DNA of 64,000 nt, taken from IMG/VR virus record IMGVR_UViG_3300042261_000615, one strand, 5' to 3'. This DNA is from an uncultured virus (IMG/VR IMGVR_UViG_3300042261_000615). Lineage: Duplodnaviria; Heunggongvirae; Uroviricota; Caudoviricetes. Each line of letters opens with the position of its first letter. Positions within the stretch are counted from its first letter, which is position 1. A program made the translations under genes and the position numbers. The notes beneath the pieces are model-generated. The model did not search any database. It had not been told where the DNA came from and saw only the letters and a program-made list of their open reading frames with translations. Below are positions 26,841-37,220 of this stretch, piece after piece.

Positions 26841-29800
26841 TTACATAGCCAACAGTACTGCATAAAACCATGTACCTGAACTATCGGATGTCCCCTGTAG
26901 TAGATTCTTACTAGACCCCGCATTATGGTAATATGTAAAATCCGCATAATCGGTAGACCCGTTAAAATACACAATCCTGGTGCCTGTAAGCGATATCCCT
27001 GATGTATTGCTTAACGGTAGTTGTACAATCATAATGGTAGCCCCGTTTTTTCGTAACTGTATGTTGCATTGTCCGGTTGATGTACCGGGATTTTCGAGCC
27101 AGCTACCCACACTAATATTGTAATAACCCGCAACATTGGGCGTAAACCTTTTTGTAGATGGGTCCCACCAGCTTTTGTCATCGTACTGGTCTACAAATGA
27201 TATAACAGTATCAGAACCGGTAGATATACTTTGATTTCCAGCTAAGATTCCTTGTACAAAGTATGGATTCGAAGTAGGTATTGTAGCTGTAATAGAACCT
27301 GTTACAATTAAGTTTCCGTTTACGTCGAGGGTTGAGTTTGGGGTACTCTTACCAATCCCTACTTTTGCAGTTGTCACAGCATCTGTTTTGGGATTTCCAG
27401 TAGTTGTGCCATAACTACCCGTTACGAAAATTACACCACCCAAATTCATTGCATTTGCAGTCCCGGCAGGTAGTGAAATATTAGTACCGATTATTACATT
27501 GTTTGTACCAATGCTATTACTTCCGGCGGATGTATCGTAACCTACATTGTACCCAATCAGCGTACAATAACTTGCGTTTATTGCACTCATACCAGCATAT
27601 GTTCCTATAAAGTTTGAATCATGTGCATTTGATGCGGCGTACCCCGATTGTTCTCCTATAAAATTTGAATTATTTGCATAAACGGATCCCACACCGGCGC
27701 TATACCCTATAAAATTTGAGTGATAAGCCTCAACCGCCCCATTACCAGTTAAATTTCCGATGAAGTTTGAACTAAACCCATTAGTATACCCACCGGTCTC
27801 AGCTACCTGAAGACCTGCTGAATTACCAATAAAGTTTGAATAATCTGCATACGTCGGATTGGACCCGGCAATTCCCGCATTTGTTCCAATAAAGTTCGAA
27901 TCATGCGCATAACCAGCCCCCTCACCGGCATGAAACCCTATAAAATTCGATTTATAAGCCTCCGTTGCACTATATCCGGCATAATTCCCTATGAGGTTTG
28001 AACTAAATCCATCGCCATAACCGCCGGTAATTCCTGTATAAGACCCGGCGTAATTTCCTATGAAGTTTGAATAATCGGGATAAATCGGGTTCGAAGCGCC
28101 GGACCCCGCCCCATTTCCTATGAAGTTTGAAGAAACTGCCCCAACGGCACTCTCGCCAGCATAGGTCCCAATAAAGTTTGAATTAGATGCATCCGTTGCA
28201 TTGTATCCGGCGCTACTCCCTATGAAGTTTGAATACGATGCATTTGTAGCACTACTTCCAGCACTGTTCCCAAAAAAGTTTGAATAAAATGCGTTCGTTG
28301 CGCTATCTCCGGCAGCATATCCTAAGAAGTTCGAATCATATGCACTGAGTGCGCCATACCCAGTATAATGCCCCAGAAAGTTTGAATTAGCTGCATTTGT
28401 AGCATTGATTCCAGCACTCTCCCCCAAGAAGTTTGAATAGGATGCGTTGGTTGCGTTATCCCCGGCATTAAGTCCTAAGAAGTTTGAATAAGGTGCGTTG
28501 GTTGCACCATTTCCCGCGTTAACTCCGATAGCAAGGAGATTATCGATTATAGGATTAACTTGAAAGTATACAGAACTTCCATTTTGTACCTTGAGTGTAG
28601 AAGTGGTTGTTAGTGAGCCGGTTACAATTGCGTTACCATTCACATCTAGTTTTACAATGGGATTGGGTGTTCCAATACCAACATTACCTCTAAGTATAGT
28701 CTTTGTTATCGAAGTGTTTCCTAAAGTTACACTATTACTTCCATTACCAGTAGCGTCATACCCAATTACAATCTCATTTGTGTCTGAACTTGCACTGGCT
28801 TTAGTATTTACTCCCAACAGTACAGAATTACTCAACGCAGTAAGATTTGCACTACCACTATCATACCTACCCGCATCATTTCCAATAGCAACATTATTAC
28901 TTGTGTTGGTTATGTTAAATAATGCACCCCTACCAATAGCTGTATTTACTACACCCGATTGATTGCTGTACAATGCAAGACTACCGATAGCAATATTATA
29001 GTAACCAGTGGTATTGTTGTACAAACTCCCATACCCAACCGATGTATTATCACCGCCGGTGGAATTCCTAAACAATGCAACTGAACCGATAGCTGTATTG
29101 TAGTTTCCCTTATTATCTGACGGTGTTGCCGAGCCCTTAAGTGCATTATATCCCACAGATACATTATAATTATCCCAAGCCGATAGTGAACTCGATGCAT
29201 ACATCTGAGACTCATGTCCGATTGCTACAGCTCTACCCCCTACTACCGATGAGTATAGTGCGCTATTGCCAATAGCAATATTATAACTACCAGATACGTT
29301 GGCGAATAACGCTTCGGGTCCTATCGCAGTATTGGCTACACCTGTAAGATTGTTTCTAGCGGAATGGTATCCGTAGAAACTATTCCACCCACCGGTGGTA
29401 GTAAGGTATCCAGCAGCGTGTCCAACAGCGGTATTGTAGTTTGCTGTAGTATTAGATAACATTGAAGTATACCCAACAGCAGTATTATAGTTACCCGTAT
29501 TGTTTGCGGCAGTTGTAGACCCGCGTAGTGATTGATACCCAATCGATGTATTATAGTTTGTCCACGCCACAGCTGAACTTGTTACATATCGTTGAGATTG
29601 ATATCCAACGGCTACACCATTATTACCAGCAACATTAGCACGTAGTGATTCATATCCAATAGCAGTATTGTAACTGCCTGATATAGCATCCAACATTGAA
29701 TAGTAACCCAGTGTAACGTTACCAGAACCTATCTTATTCAGATAATTAGATGCTCTACCAACTGCGGTGTTTTGATTACCGATTGTGTTAGCTCTTAGTG

Positions 29801-32800
29801 CGAAATGCCCCAAACCGACATTATCAGTACCAGTTGTATTAAGCGATAACGCATCACGGCCTATCGATGTGTTATTACCACCGGAAGTATTTACATACAT
29901 AGATTGATAACCGACCGCAGTATTATCAAGACCACTATTGTTTGCGGGAGTTGAAGATCCCATCAGTGATTGATATCCTATGGATGTATTTGTATTAGTC
30001 CATGTTGATGTTGAACTTGATACATAACGTTGGGATTCATTACCGATGGCTACCCCAAAGTTACCGTATCGGTTTTCACGTAGTGCTGCTACCCCGATAG
30101 CGACATTAGAACTACCTGATGTATTTTGGTATAATGAAGTTCTACCAATAGCTGTGTTCTGTGAACCTTCAGAGCTTACCTGTAGTGCGTATGTCCCAAC
30201 CGCTGTATTATATGAACCGACTGTATTGACGGATAATGCGCTTGTACCAATAGCTGTATTCTCCCCCCCAACTGAGTTAAGTTGTAAGGTAGTGTATCCG
30301 AGAGCGGTATTAAAATTACCGGTATTGTTTACAGCAGTTATAGACCCACGTAACGATTGGTATCCAACTGATGTGTTATAATTTGTCCATGATGTCGCTG
30401 AACTGGTTACATATCGCTGAGATTGTTCACCGATAGCGAGGCCGTAGTTACCAGCCACATTTGATTCTAACGTAAGTGACCCAATGGCAATATTAGAAAT
30501 ACCGGTTGTTGTACTTGTCGCTGCTGATGCACCAATTGTTATGTTTGATGCGCCGGTTGTTATCGCATCACCACTGTATGGTCCGATACCAATATTATAA
30601 TACCCTTTTGTTAATGATGTTAGACTGTACACCCCAACTGCCGTATTGTAGGATGCCTCATACGTATTAGTAGCAGTACTACCCATTGTTAAATTACCGG
30701 CATAAACCCCCAAAAATGTATTAAATCCGTCGGTAGTTATAGTTCCATTATTACCATAGTTGAAATTGTGTAAGAATCGGATACCATCTTTATATACCAA
30801 TCCGTATTGAGATATGTTCGTAGTATTTGAAGTATAGATACTACCAGAAAATGTTTTTATAGAACCTGTTATAATCTGATCTCCGTTAAAGATATTACTT
30901 CCCGTTGTAGCGAATACTGATGCGTGAAGCCCGTCTAATAAATCCGCGTTGGATGCATATGAGGCAGTTCCTAAAATCGAACCAGTTATACCACCATATA
31001 CTATAGTTTTTCCAGTAACAACAAAGTTAGATATATTTCCCTCCATTAAACTACCAATAATAACTTGTGAGAAGCTATTATCGGGATTAATATTTATACC
31101 CTCAGTATAATCCGTAGTGATTATATTTCCGAACGGGTCTGATATATAAACACTATTATTTGAATGGATACTATTTCCGGCTAACGTTATATCTTCACCA
31201 TAGGTTGAACCTTGTGCGTATACAGCATCTGTTGTGGTGAGAGATCCCGTTATAATTGCATTTCCGTTTACATCTAAGGTTGCGTTTGTAGTATCTTTGT
31301 TGATACCAACACTATATGTAGATGGATTAGCAAATAGTGTAGGTGTATCATATGGGGCAGTTGTTAAACGAATAGACCCCTCAGATGAAATATACAGATT
31401 ACTGCTATCATAATTTATACCGTAGAAGGTATAACCCGAACCATAATCCATACTAAGACCGCCAGCGTATACTGTGGTATGGTAGTTGGGTATTGTGTTT
31501 GTGTTGAATATCAACGATTCACCATCCAGATACGATGTAGAACTCCCAATCACAGATGATATTGATGCACCATTAGTACTCAGAATTACATCTCCGGATG
31601 TTTGGATAGATCCAGTTATAATCTGAGTTCCGTTAAAGATATTACTTCCAGTAGTGGCGAATATGGAAGAATCTTTACCATCCAATAAATCTGCGTTGGA
31701 TGCTGATACGGTATTGATTGCATAGGATGACGTACCTAACAATGAACCAGTTATAGATCCATTAACTCTCAAACTACCAGTCACTTGCATTACATCATCA
31801 GCAGTGTCACCGAATTTACTGCTACCACTTGCGTATATTATAGATGCGGATACATATTGGGTATGAAATTCCTTTGCCGTCAGTATTCCACTTATTGTCA
31901 GAGATCCTGTTATGGTTTGATTACCTATAAATGTATTACTTCCCGTAGTAGCGAATACGGAAGCATGGTATCCATCCAATAAATCTGCGTTGGAAGCAGA
32001 TAGAGTGTTAGTTGCATAAGAAGCAGTTCCTAAAAGGGAGCCGGTTATACCACCGGATACATTCAATGAACCTGTAATTGTAGTAATCCGTTTAATATCA
32101 ACCGGCACATTAAATGTAGCCGAACTACTTATTATATTAAATGGGGATTCACCCTCAGCAATGTTATAAAGTTGAAAATTATCGTTACTATATCTAAGAT
32201 AACCATTTATGTCAATAGTCCCATTTGAGAATATTTGGTTGCCTATAAATGTATTACTTCCCGTAGTAGCGAATGTGGTAGAATCCTTACCATCCAATAA
32301 ATCTGCGTTGGATGCATATGATGCGGATGTTGGATTACCATTAACCCAAACACCACTGTTATATATCAAAGCCTGTCCGTTTGTGGCACTAGTTATCGTT
32401 ACATCAGATAATCCATCCAAAGTAGTAGCACCACCACCTCCACCGCCGCCGGATGCCGCAGTACTTCTAAATAATCCAGCTGGTACGATAGTATTGTTTA
32501 CCGTATCGGATAAATTAGTTGCATTTCCCCTGGCAACAATATACCCCACAAATACGTATTGGTGAGTGGAGTATGCTGCTTCTGTGAATGAATCGGTTGA
32601 TAGATTTGCCAATGCACTACTAAGACTTGCATACAATGTTCCACCATAATAAACGTGAGCACGCAATGTAAATGGGTTGAAAAATACACGCTGTATTGTC
32701 CATTCATTACTCTTTACAGTGTCCAACGTACCACTACCATTATCATAATGAGATACATCAATTACAGTATAGAACGAACCACCATTGTTATCTGTATTAA

Positions 32801-35800
32801 ATCCACCCGAATTATTACGATATACACGCGCCAGAGATGCCGTATAAACAGTATCCGTTGCTTTTGTAGATATACGGTCTGGATATTGTTGATAAAATCC
32901 GCCAAGTATGAATGATTCTCCCGAACTAACATTCAAAGAAAGACCAGTAGATTGCGCAGATACAGTCAGTCCACTCAACTTCAATGGACCGAATGCATTC
33001 ATAAACGAATATGCTTGTGAGCTTTGATTATAAGTAGTCTTTACATTATTAGCAATACTGGTAACTAAATCTCGACCGGTATGGTTTATCATACCCAACG
33101 GAATTGATTGTCTATATTGCGTTTCCGAAAAGAAGGTATCGTGCTGTTGTTGTGCTACCCCGTTACTATCAATGTAAATATATGTAGCTTGATATGATGC
33201 AGTATATGGTGATACATTAATAGTTTGTGCAGGCCAATTAACCTGTTGTATGATTGGATTCAATTCAGAACCAGTAGTTGCGTTGGATGTGAATAAAAGA
33301 CCAGACCCGGATGAAATCAAAACCGAACCAGAACCAACTACGCTTAAAGTACCCCCATATATAAGTCCGCTACCAAGCTGTCCTTCAACCCATTTCCACT
33401 TTACAAGATTACCGTCTTGCCGTATATATAAATCATCCTTTAATGCGGTATTCGATGCGCTTACGAATAAGAATGTATTTGTAGATTGTAACCCTAATGG
33501 GTCTGGGTCTACAGTTGGATTCAATCGTATACTTCCGGTTACGTTTACAGTACCATTTACGTCCAAAGTATAGTTTGGGGTGGATGTAGCAACACCTACC
33601 TTTGCAGTTGTTACGGCATCTGTTTTCGGGTTTCCAGTAGTTGTAGCATAACTCCCCGTTACGAAAATTGTACCACCCAAGTTCATTGCGTTTTTAGTGC
33701 CGGGTGGTAGTGAGATATTAGTACCAATTATTATATTATTTGAACCAATGGTATTTAATGTTGATGATGGACTAAATCCAGCATGATATCCTATAAGAGT
33801 TGAATAAGATGCGCTTGCGGCACGTTGTCCAGCACTATCGCCTATGAATATAGATTGGCTGGCATAGTAGGCATCCTTACCAGCCTCCTCACCAATAAAG
33901 TTAGAATTTGATGCACTATATGCAGTATCACCAGCCTTCTTTCCTATAAAATTCGATACATATGCATTCGAAGCATCCCTACCAGAATTAGTACCTATGA
34001 AATTTGAATCATACGCTACAGATGCCCGTTGGCCTGCGCCATAACCGATTGAGTTCAAATTATATGCCGATGGTGTATTATCTCCTGAAAAAACTCCCAA
34101 TAGTGTAGAATTTACAGCACCACGGTTTGCTTGAAAATAGTTTGCGCCATCCGAATCGGATATTGATATATTGCCGGTAGACCGTAACGAACCCGATACA
34201 ACAATAGCATCTGCTCCAGTTGTAGAATATGCAACTATTGCTGGGATGAGTTTATCGTTGGAATAAAATTCAGATTTTCCTTTTGAAATTAGTACAGTAT
34301 TAGTAGTTTCATCCCGGTCGAACCGTATATACTGATTGGCGGATGTTATTACTTGAATACCGTCATCCGTTATTTGTGTTATATTTTGGTCTTTTTCAAG
34401 TTGGGTGGGTAACGTATCAGCTGTAAATAATGTAGATATATAACAGTCATACCCACTATCATAATGTGCCGATTGGCTAACTATAAGTGTAAACTCATAA
34501 TAATCATATTGACTAGAATCTATTGAAACTGCAGTTGATATGGATGGAATATCATATCTATCATATGGGAAAAAACTTATACTCCGATTATCAGAATATA
34601 TCAAGGTTTCATCGGTCGTACTATTACTAGTATTTGTGTTTAATTTATACACACTTAGATACAAACTAGAACTAACAGATAAATTAGAAACTCCCGATGA
34701 TAATAATCCAAATAATTGAAACGTATTCACTGTTATAACTCCACTGTATTGCCCACTGTCCAAAGTGGTTGATACCGCCAGTTCACCCCCATACACAACC
34801 CTTTGAAAATTTGGATTACCTGAATTTAACGTTATTCCCATCTCAGTACCGCTAGCGTCAAACGCACCAACAATTAACGCTTCAGTTGGTGTATATAAAC
34901 TTCCCTGTATTACTTCAACTCGTTTTACCAAACTACTATCATAAATTTCCATACCAGGAGCGCTAGCTGTTGGGGTGAGAACGACCCTATCATTTGGACT
35001 TACAATACTACCACTTGTAATTTTCCAGTTTCCAATATTACCGGCGGTGGCATATATCGTACCCATAACATTCAGCGTTTCTTCCGCTGCATCCCAGAAC
35101 AAATAACCACCGTTGTTGCTACCAGTCAGATAAAAATTACCGTTATCAGCCATATAAGTTTTCCACTGCCCATTAGCATAGAATCCCAAATGAGTCTGAC
35201 CGGTATATAGCCCACTAGCACTTCCCGTTAGAGGTGGTTTCACTATCTTACCGGTGGTATCGGTGAAAATCCTACTATCCAAATCGTATATAATGGTATT
35301 TGTCGATATATTTCCCAACGTAAATGTATGGGAAGTATCTATATCGGTAGGTATATAGTTGTTGTTTATATCATAGAATTGGAATTTGAAATCAAATGTC
35401 TCCGAACTCAATGTTCTTGGCAATGATTCTATAATAGTTAATGAATCTGGTGAAAACGAAGTTTCTTGCGATGCTTTCAAACTCACGTCGGATATGAACC
35501 ATTGGGTATCACCGGTTACTTCAAAGTATAATTTTGCATTTGTAATATTACCCACTATCAAATTTTCCGAAATATTTGTTTTTTGATAATAGGACGATTC
35601 GGCTGATAATTGAACAATATCCTGGGTTATAGCGCTACCCAAAAAAGAACCGCTTACAGTATTAGACCCGCTCAAATAGATACGAACACTTCCGTTATTA
35701 CTACCAGATGCCCTCAAATTAAAATTAAGAGTATGTTCTACTCCTGAGGTCAATCCGTCTATTATATTCTTTGTATAAAATGGAGTTTTAGGTTGGGTAG

Positions 35801-36938
35801 CGACCAATTTAGCAGAATTATACAAATACGACTGGTTGAATTCAGCCGTCATATCATTAGATGAAGTCCAATAAGTATTTAATACATTTGGGGTAAACAA
35901 CCCATAGGTCTGCTTTATAGTTTCAGATGCGTCCAAATCAACCAAAAGTTCAGTGGATTCCAACTGAATATCTTCCACAAACTCATAATCATGCAATTGT
36001 GATTGTGATTTTCGGAATACCTTCACACGAGCAACATCACCAACCGCAGTTTCCAAATCCGTTAGATAAATTTTAGCAAACGACCCCGTCAATGATGATG
36101 AGCCGGATATTGATGTATATGAATAATCAACGGAATATGGTTGGTTGGAAAATGTAGATACAAATTCACCACTCGAAGTATATGGTTGCGTTACAATTAC
36201 TTCACTACTATTTATAACTTCAGATATTTTAGCAGAATATGATAGTGATGGTATATTCACATATTGACCAATCATATCAGTACTCCACACACTTGAACCT
36301 GATATTCTTAATTTATAAGATGTGGTATCATTATAATTCAATACCGATTGATTTTCCAATGGTGATATTGGTATACCCGATACCGAACCTGATTGAGTTG
36401 TAGATGTAGTGGTGGTTACATAAAGAGGTCGGGTTATTTCAGTTATCGTTGCCTTTGGTTGTTTATAAAATATCACCCCATCCTCATTTCTGAGAGTAGG
36501 GATTACCTTAAATTCACGATGCCATCTAACATTATATGCATCAACCCATTCAGATGGTATTTGTAATGTATTACCATAATCATCCGTATAACTATCCAAT
36601 TCACCAAGTATAGTAATGCTAGCTACACCGACTGGCGTATCCTCATAAATATATACTGCAACAGGTATTGATGGTCCGTTTGTATATTGTATAGCAGATT
36701 TAAGAGGTTCATAATATATAGGATTACCATTTACATCCAATATCTGAATTTTAAGTTCCGATGATGGCTTTAAGTATTCCGAACCTTCAATATAAAATCC
36801 GTTCTTACCACCTGTAAATGTATCCTTAAATTCGGTTATTCTAAAATAATCGGATTTTGGATTTGTATCAGTTATAAAAACTTGATATGAAGATAGTTTT
36901 TGCGGTAGTATGTCACCATACTTCTTAATTCTTGCCAT
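26841..36938 (-). CDS. Giant tail fibre/adhesin-like virion protein (3365 aa)
   Basis: Arrays of NTAVG..AL..N..G and SNFIG..AG beta-roll repeats; four NADLLDG..FATTGSN repeats; C1q-like C-terminus (FTPNVAGYYNI). Confidence 0.8.
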   Translation of the reverse strand: MARIKKYGDILPQKLSSYQVFITDTNPKSDYFRITEFKDTFTGGKNGFYIEGSEYLKPSSELKIQILDVNGNPIYYEPLKSAIQYTNGPSIPVAVYIYEDTPVGVASITILGELDSYTDDYGNTLQIPSEWVDAYNVRWHREFKVIPTLRNEDGVIFYKQPKATITEITRPLYVTTTTSTTQSGSVSGIPISPLENQSVLNYNDTTSYKLRISGSSVWSTDMIGQYVNIPSLSYSAKISEVINSSEVIVTQPYTSSGEFVSTFSNQPYSVDYSYTSISGSSSLTGSFAKIYLTDLETAVGDVARVKVFRKSQSQLHDYEFVEDIQLESTELLVDLDASETIKQTYGLFTPNVLNTYWTSSNDMTAEFNQSYLYNSAKLVATQPKTPFYTKNIIDGLTSGVEHTLNFNLRASGSNNGSVRIYLSGSNTVSGSFLGSAITQDIVQLSAESSYYQKTNISENLIVGNITNAKLYFEVTGDTQWFISDVSLKASQETSFSPDSLTIIESLPRTLSSETFDFKFQFYDINNNYIPTDIDTSHTFTLGNISTNTIIYDLDSRIFTDTTGKIVKPPLTGSASGLYTGQTHLGFYANGQWKTYMADNGNFYLTGSNNGGYLFWDAAEETLNVMGTIYATAGNIGNWKITSGSIVSPNDRVVLTPTASAPGMEIYDSSLVKRVEVIQGSLYTPTEALIVGAFDASGTEMGITLNSGNPNFQRVVYGGELAVSTTLDSGQYSGVITVNTFQLFGLLSSGVSNLSVSSSLYLSVYKLNTNTSNSTTDETLIYSDNRSISFFPYDRYDIPSISTAVSIDSSQYDYYEFTLIVSQSAHYDSGYDCYISTLFTADTLPTQLEKDQNITQITDDGIQVITSANQYIRFDRDETTNTVLISKGKSEFYSNDKLIPAIVAYSTTGADAIVVSGSLRSTGNISISDSDGANYFQANRGAVNSTLLGVFSGDNTPSAYNLNSIGYGAGQRASVAYDSNFIGTNSGRDASNAYVSNFIGKKAGDTAYSASNSNFIGEEAGKDAYYASQSIFIGDSAGQRAASASYSTLIGYHAGFSPSSTLNTIGSNNIIIGTNISLPPGTKNAMNLGGTIFVTGSYATTTGNPKTDAVTTAKVGVATSTPNYTLDVNGTVNVTGSIRLNPTVDPDPLGLQSTNTFLFVSASNTALKDDLYIRQDGNLVKWKWVEGQLGSGLIYGGTLSVVGSGSVLISSGSGLLFTSNATTGSELNPIIQQVNWPAQTINVSPYTASYQATYIYIDSNGVAQQQHDTFFSETQYRQSIPLGMINHTGRDLVTSIANNVKTTYNQSSQAYSFMNAFGPLKLSGLTVSAQSTGLSLNVSSGESFILGGFYQQYPDRISTKATDTVYTASLARVYRNNSGGFNTDNNGGSFYTVIDVSHYDNGSGTLDTVKSNEWTIQRVFFNPFTLRAHVYYGGTLYASLSSALANLSTDSFTEAAYSTHQYVFVGYIVARGNATNLSDTVNNTIVPAGLFRSTAASGGGGGGGATTLDGLSDVTITSATNGQALIYNSGVWVNGNPTSASYASNADLLDGKDSTTFATTGSNTFIGNQIFSNGTIDINGYLRYSNDNFQLYNIAEGESPFNIISSSATFNVPVDIKRITTITGSLNVSGGITGSLLGTASYATNTLSASNADLLDGYHASVFATTGSNTFIGNQTITGSLTISGILTAKEFHTQYVSASIIYASGSSKFGDTADDVMQVTGSLRVNGSITGSLLGTSSYAINTVSASNADLLDGKDSSIFATTGSNIFNGTQIITGSIQTSGDVILSTNGASISSVIGSSTSYLDGESLIFNTNTIPNYHTTVYAGGLSMDYGSGYTFYGINYDSSNLYISSEGSIRLTTAPYDTPTLFANPSTYSVGINKDTTNATLDVNGNAIITGSLTTTDAVYAQGSTYGEDITLAGNSIHSNNSVYISDPFGNIITTDYTEGININPDNSFSQVIIGSLMEGNISNFVVTGKTIVYGGITGSILGTASYASNADLLDGLHASVFATTGSNIFNGDQIITGSIKTFSGSIYTSNTTNISQYGLVYKDGIRFLHNFNYGNNGTITTDGFNTFLGVYAGNLTMGSTATNTYEASYNTAVGVYSLTSLTKGYYNIGIGPYSGDAITTGASNITIGASAATSTTTGISNIAIGSLTLESNVAGNYGLAIGEQSQRYVTSSATSWTNYNTSVGYQSLRGSITAVNNTGNFNTALGYTTLQLNSVGGENTAIGTSALSVNTVGSYNTAVGTYALQVSSEGSQNTAIGRTSLYQNTSGSSNVAIGVAALRENRYGNFGVAIGNESQRYVSSSTSTWTNTNTSIGYQSLMGSSTPANNSGLDNTAVGYQSMYVNTSGGNNTSIGRDALSLNTTGTDNVGLGHFALRANTIGNQNTAVGRASNYLNKIGSGNVTLGYYSMLDAISGSYNTAIGYESLRANVAGNNGVAVGYQSQRYVTSSAVAWTNYNTSIGYQSLRGSTTAANNTGNYNTAVGYTSMLSNTTANYNTAVGHAAGYLTTTGGWNSFYGYHSARNNLTGVANTAIGPEALFANVSGSYNIAIGNSALYSSVVGGRAVAIGHESQMYASSSLSAWDNYNVSVGYNALKGSATPSDNKGNYNTAIGSVALFRNSTGGDNTSVGYGSLYNNTTGYYNIAIGSLALYSNQSGVVNTAIGRGALFNITNTSNNVAIGNDAGRYDSGSANLTALSNSVLLGVNTKASASSDTNEIVIGYDATGNGSNSVTLGNTSITKTILRGNVGIGTPNPIVKLDVNGNAIVTGSLTTTSTLKVQNGSSVYFQVNPIIDNLLAIGVNAGNGATNAPYSNFLGLNAGDNATNASYSNFLGESAGINATNAANSNFLGHYTGYGALSAYDSNFLGYAAGDSATNAFYSNFFGNSAGSSATNASYSNFIGSSAGYNATDASNSNFIGTYAGESAVGAVSSNFIGNGAGSGASNPIYPDYSNFIGNYAGSYTGITGGYGDGFSSNLIGNYAGYSATEAYKSNFIGFHAGEGAGYAHDSNFIGTNAGIAGSNPTYADYSNFIGNSAGLQVAETGGYTNGFSSNFIGNLTGNGAVEAYHSNFIGYSAGVGSVYANNSNFIGEQSGYAASNAHDSNFIGTYAGMSAINASYCTLIGYNVGYDTSAGSNSIGTNNVIIGTNISLPAGTANAMNLGGVIFVTGSYGTTTGNPKTDAVTTAKVGIGKSTPNSTLDVNGNLIVTGSITATIPTSNPYFVQGILAGNQSISTGSDTVISFVDQYDDKSWWDPSTKRFTPNVAGYYNISVGSWLENPGTSTGQCNIQLRKNGATIMIVQLPLSNTSGISLTGTRIVYFNGSTDYADFTYYHNAGSSKNLLQGTSDSSGTWFYAVLLAM

Positions 36939-36958
36939 AGTCTATACATTGTTATGCG

Positions 36959-36994
36959 TATAAATATGCTAAAACTTCATTTGTAAATATTTAT
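36959..36994. promoter_or_regulatory. Divergent pair of ATATTTAT motifs
   Basis: Minus-strand copy at 36959-36967 precedes the fibre gene; plus-strand copy at 36987-36994 precedes the plus-strand gene. Confidence 0.7.
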
Positions 36995-37013
36995 TCTATA
37001 TAATTCCATAGAA

Positions 37014-37202
37014 ATGAAAAAATATACTACCATCCAAATGGAGCGTGATTTATATGATATGGTGAAACCATATTGTAAAGAAAATGGATATACGATTTCA
37101 GGGTACATACACCGACTTATACTAAAAGACATGTTACCCAAACAAAAATCCGTTATATCTCCCGTAAATGTACTTCATGTAAACAAAAAACCCACTCCAT
37201 AA
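37014..37202 (+). CDS. Small ribbon-helix-helix-like DNA-binding protein
   Basis: MKKYTTIQMERDLYDMVKPYCKENGYTISGYIHRLI fits a strand-helix-helix pattern; has its own promoter motif and terminator. Confidence 0.65.
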   Translation: MKKYTTIQMERDLYDMVKPYCKENGYTISGYIHRLILKDMLPKQKSVISPVNVLHVNKKPTP

Positions 37203-37220
37203 CGAAGTGGGTTTCATTTT
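37185..37220. terminator. Bidirectional terminator between convergent genes
   Basis: aaaaaacccactcc-ataac-gaagtgggtttcatttt. Confidence 0.75.
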
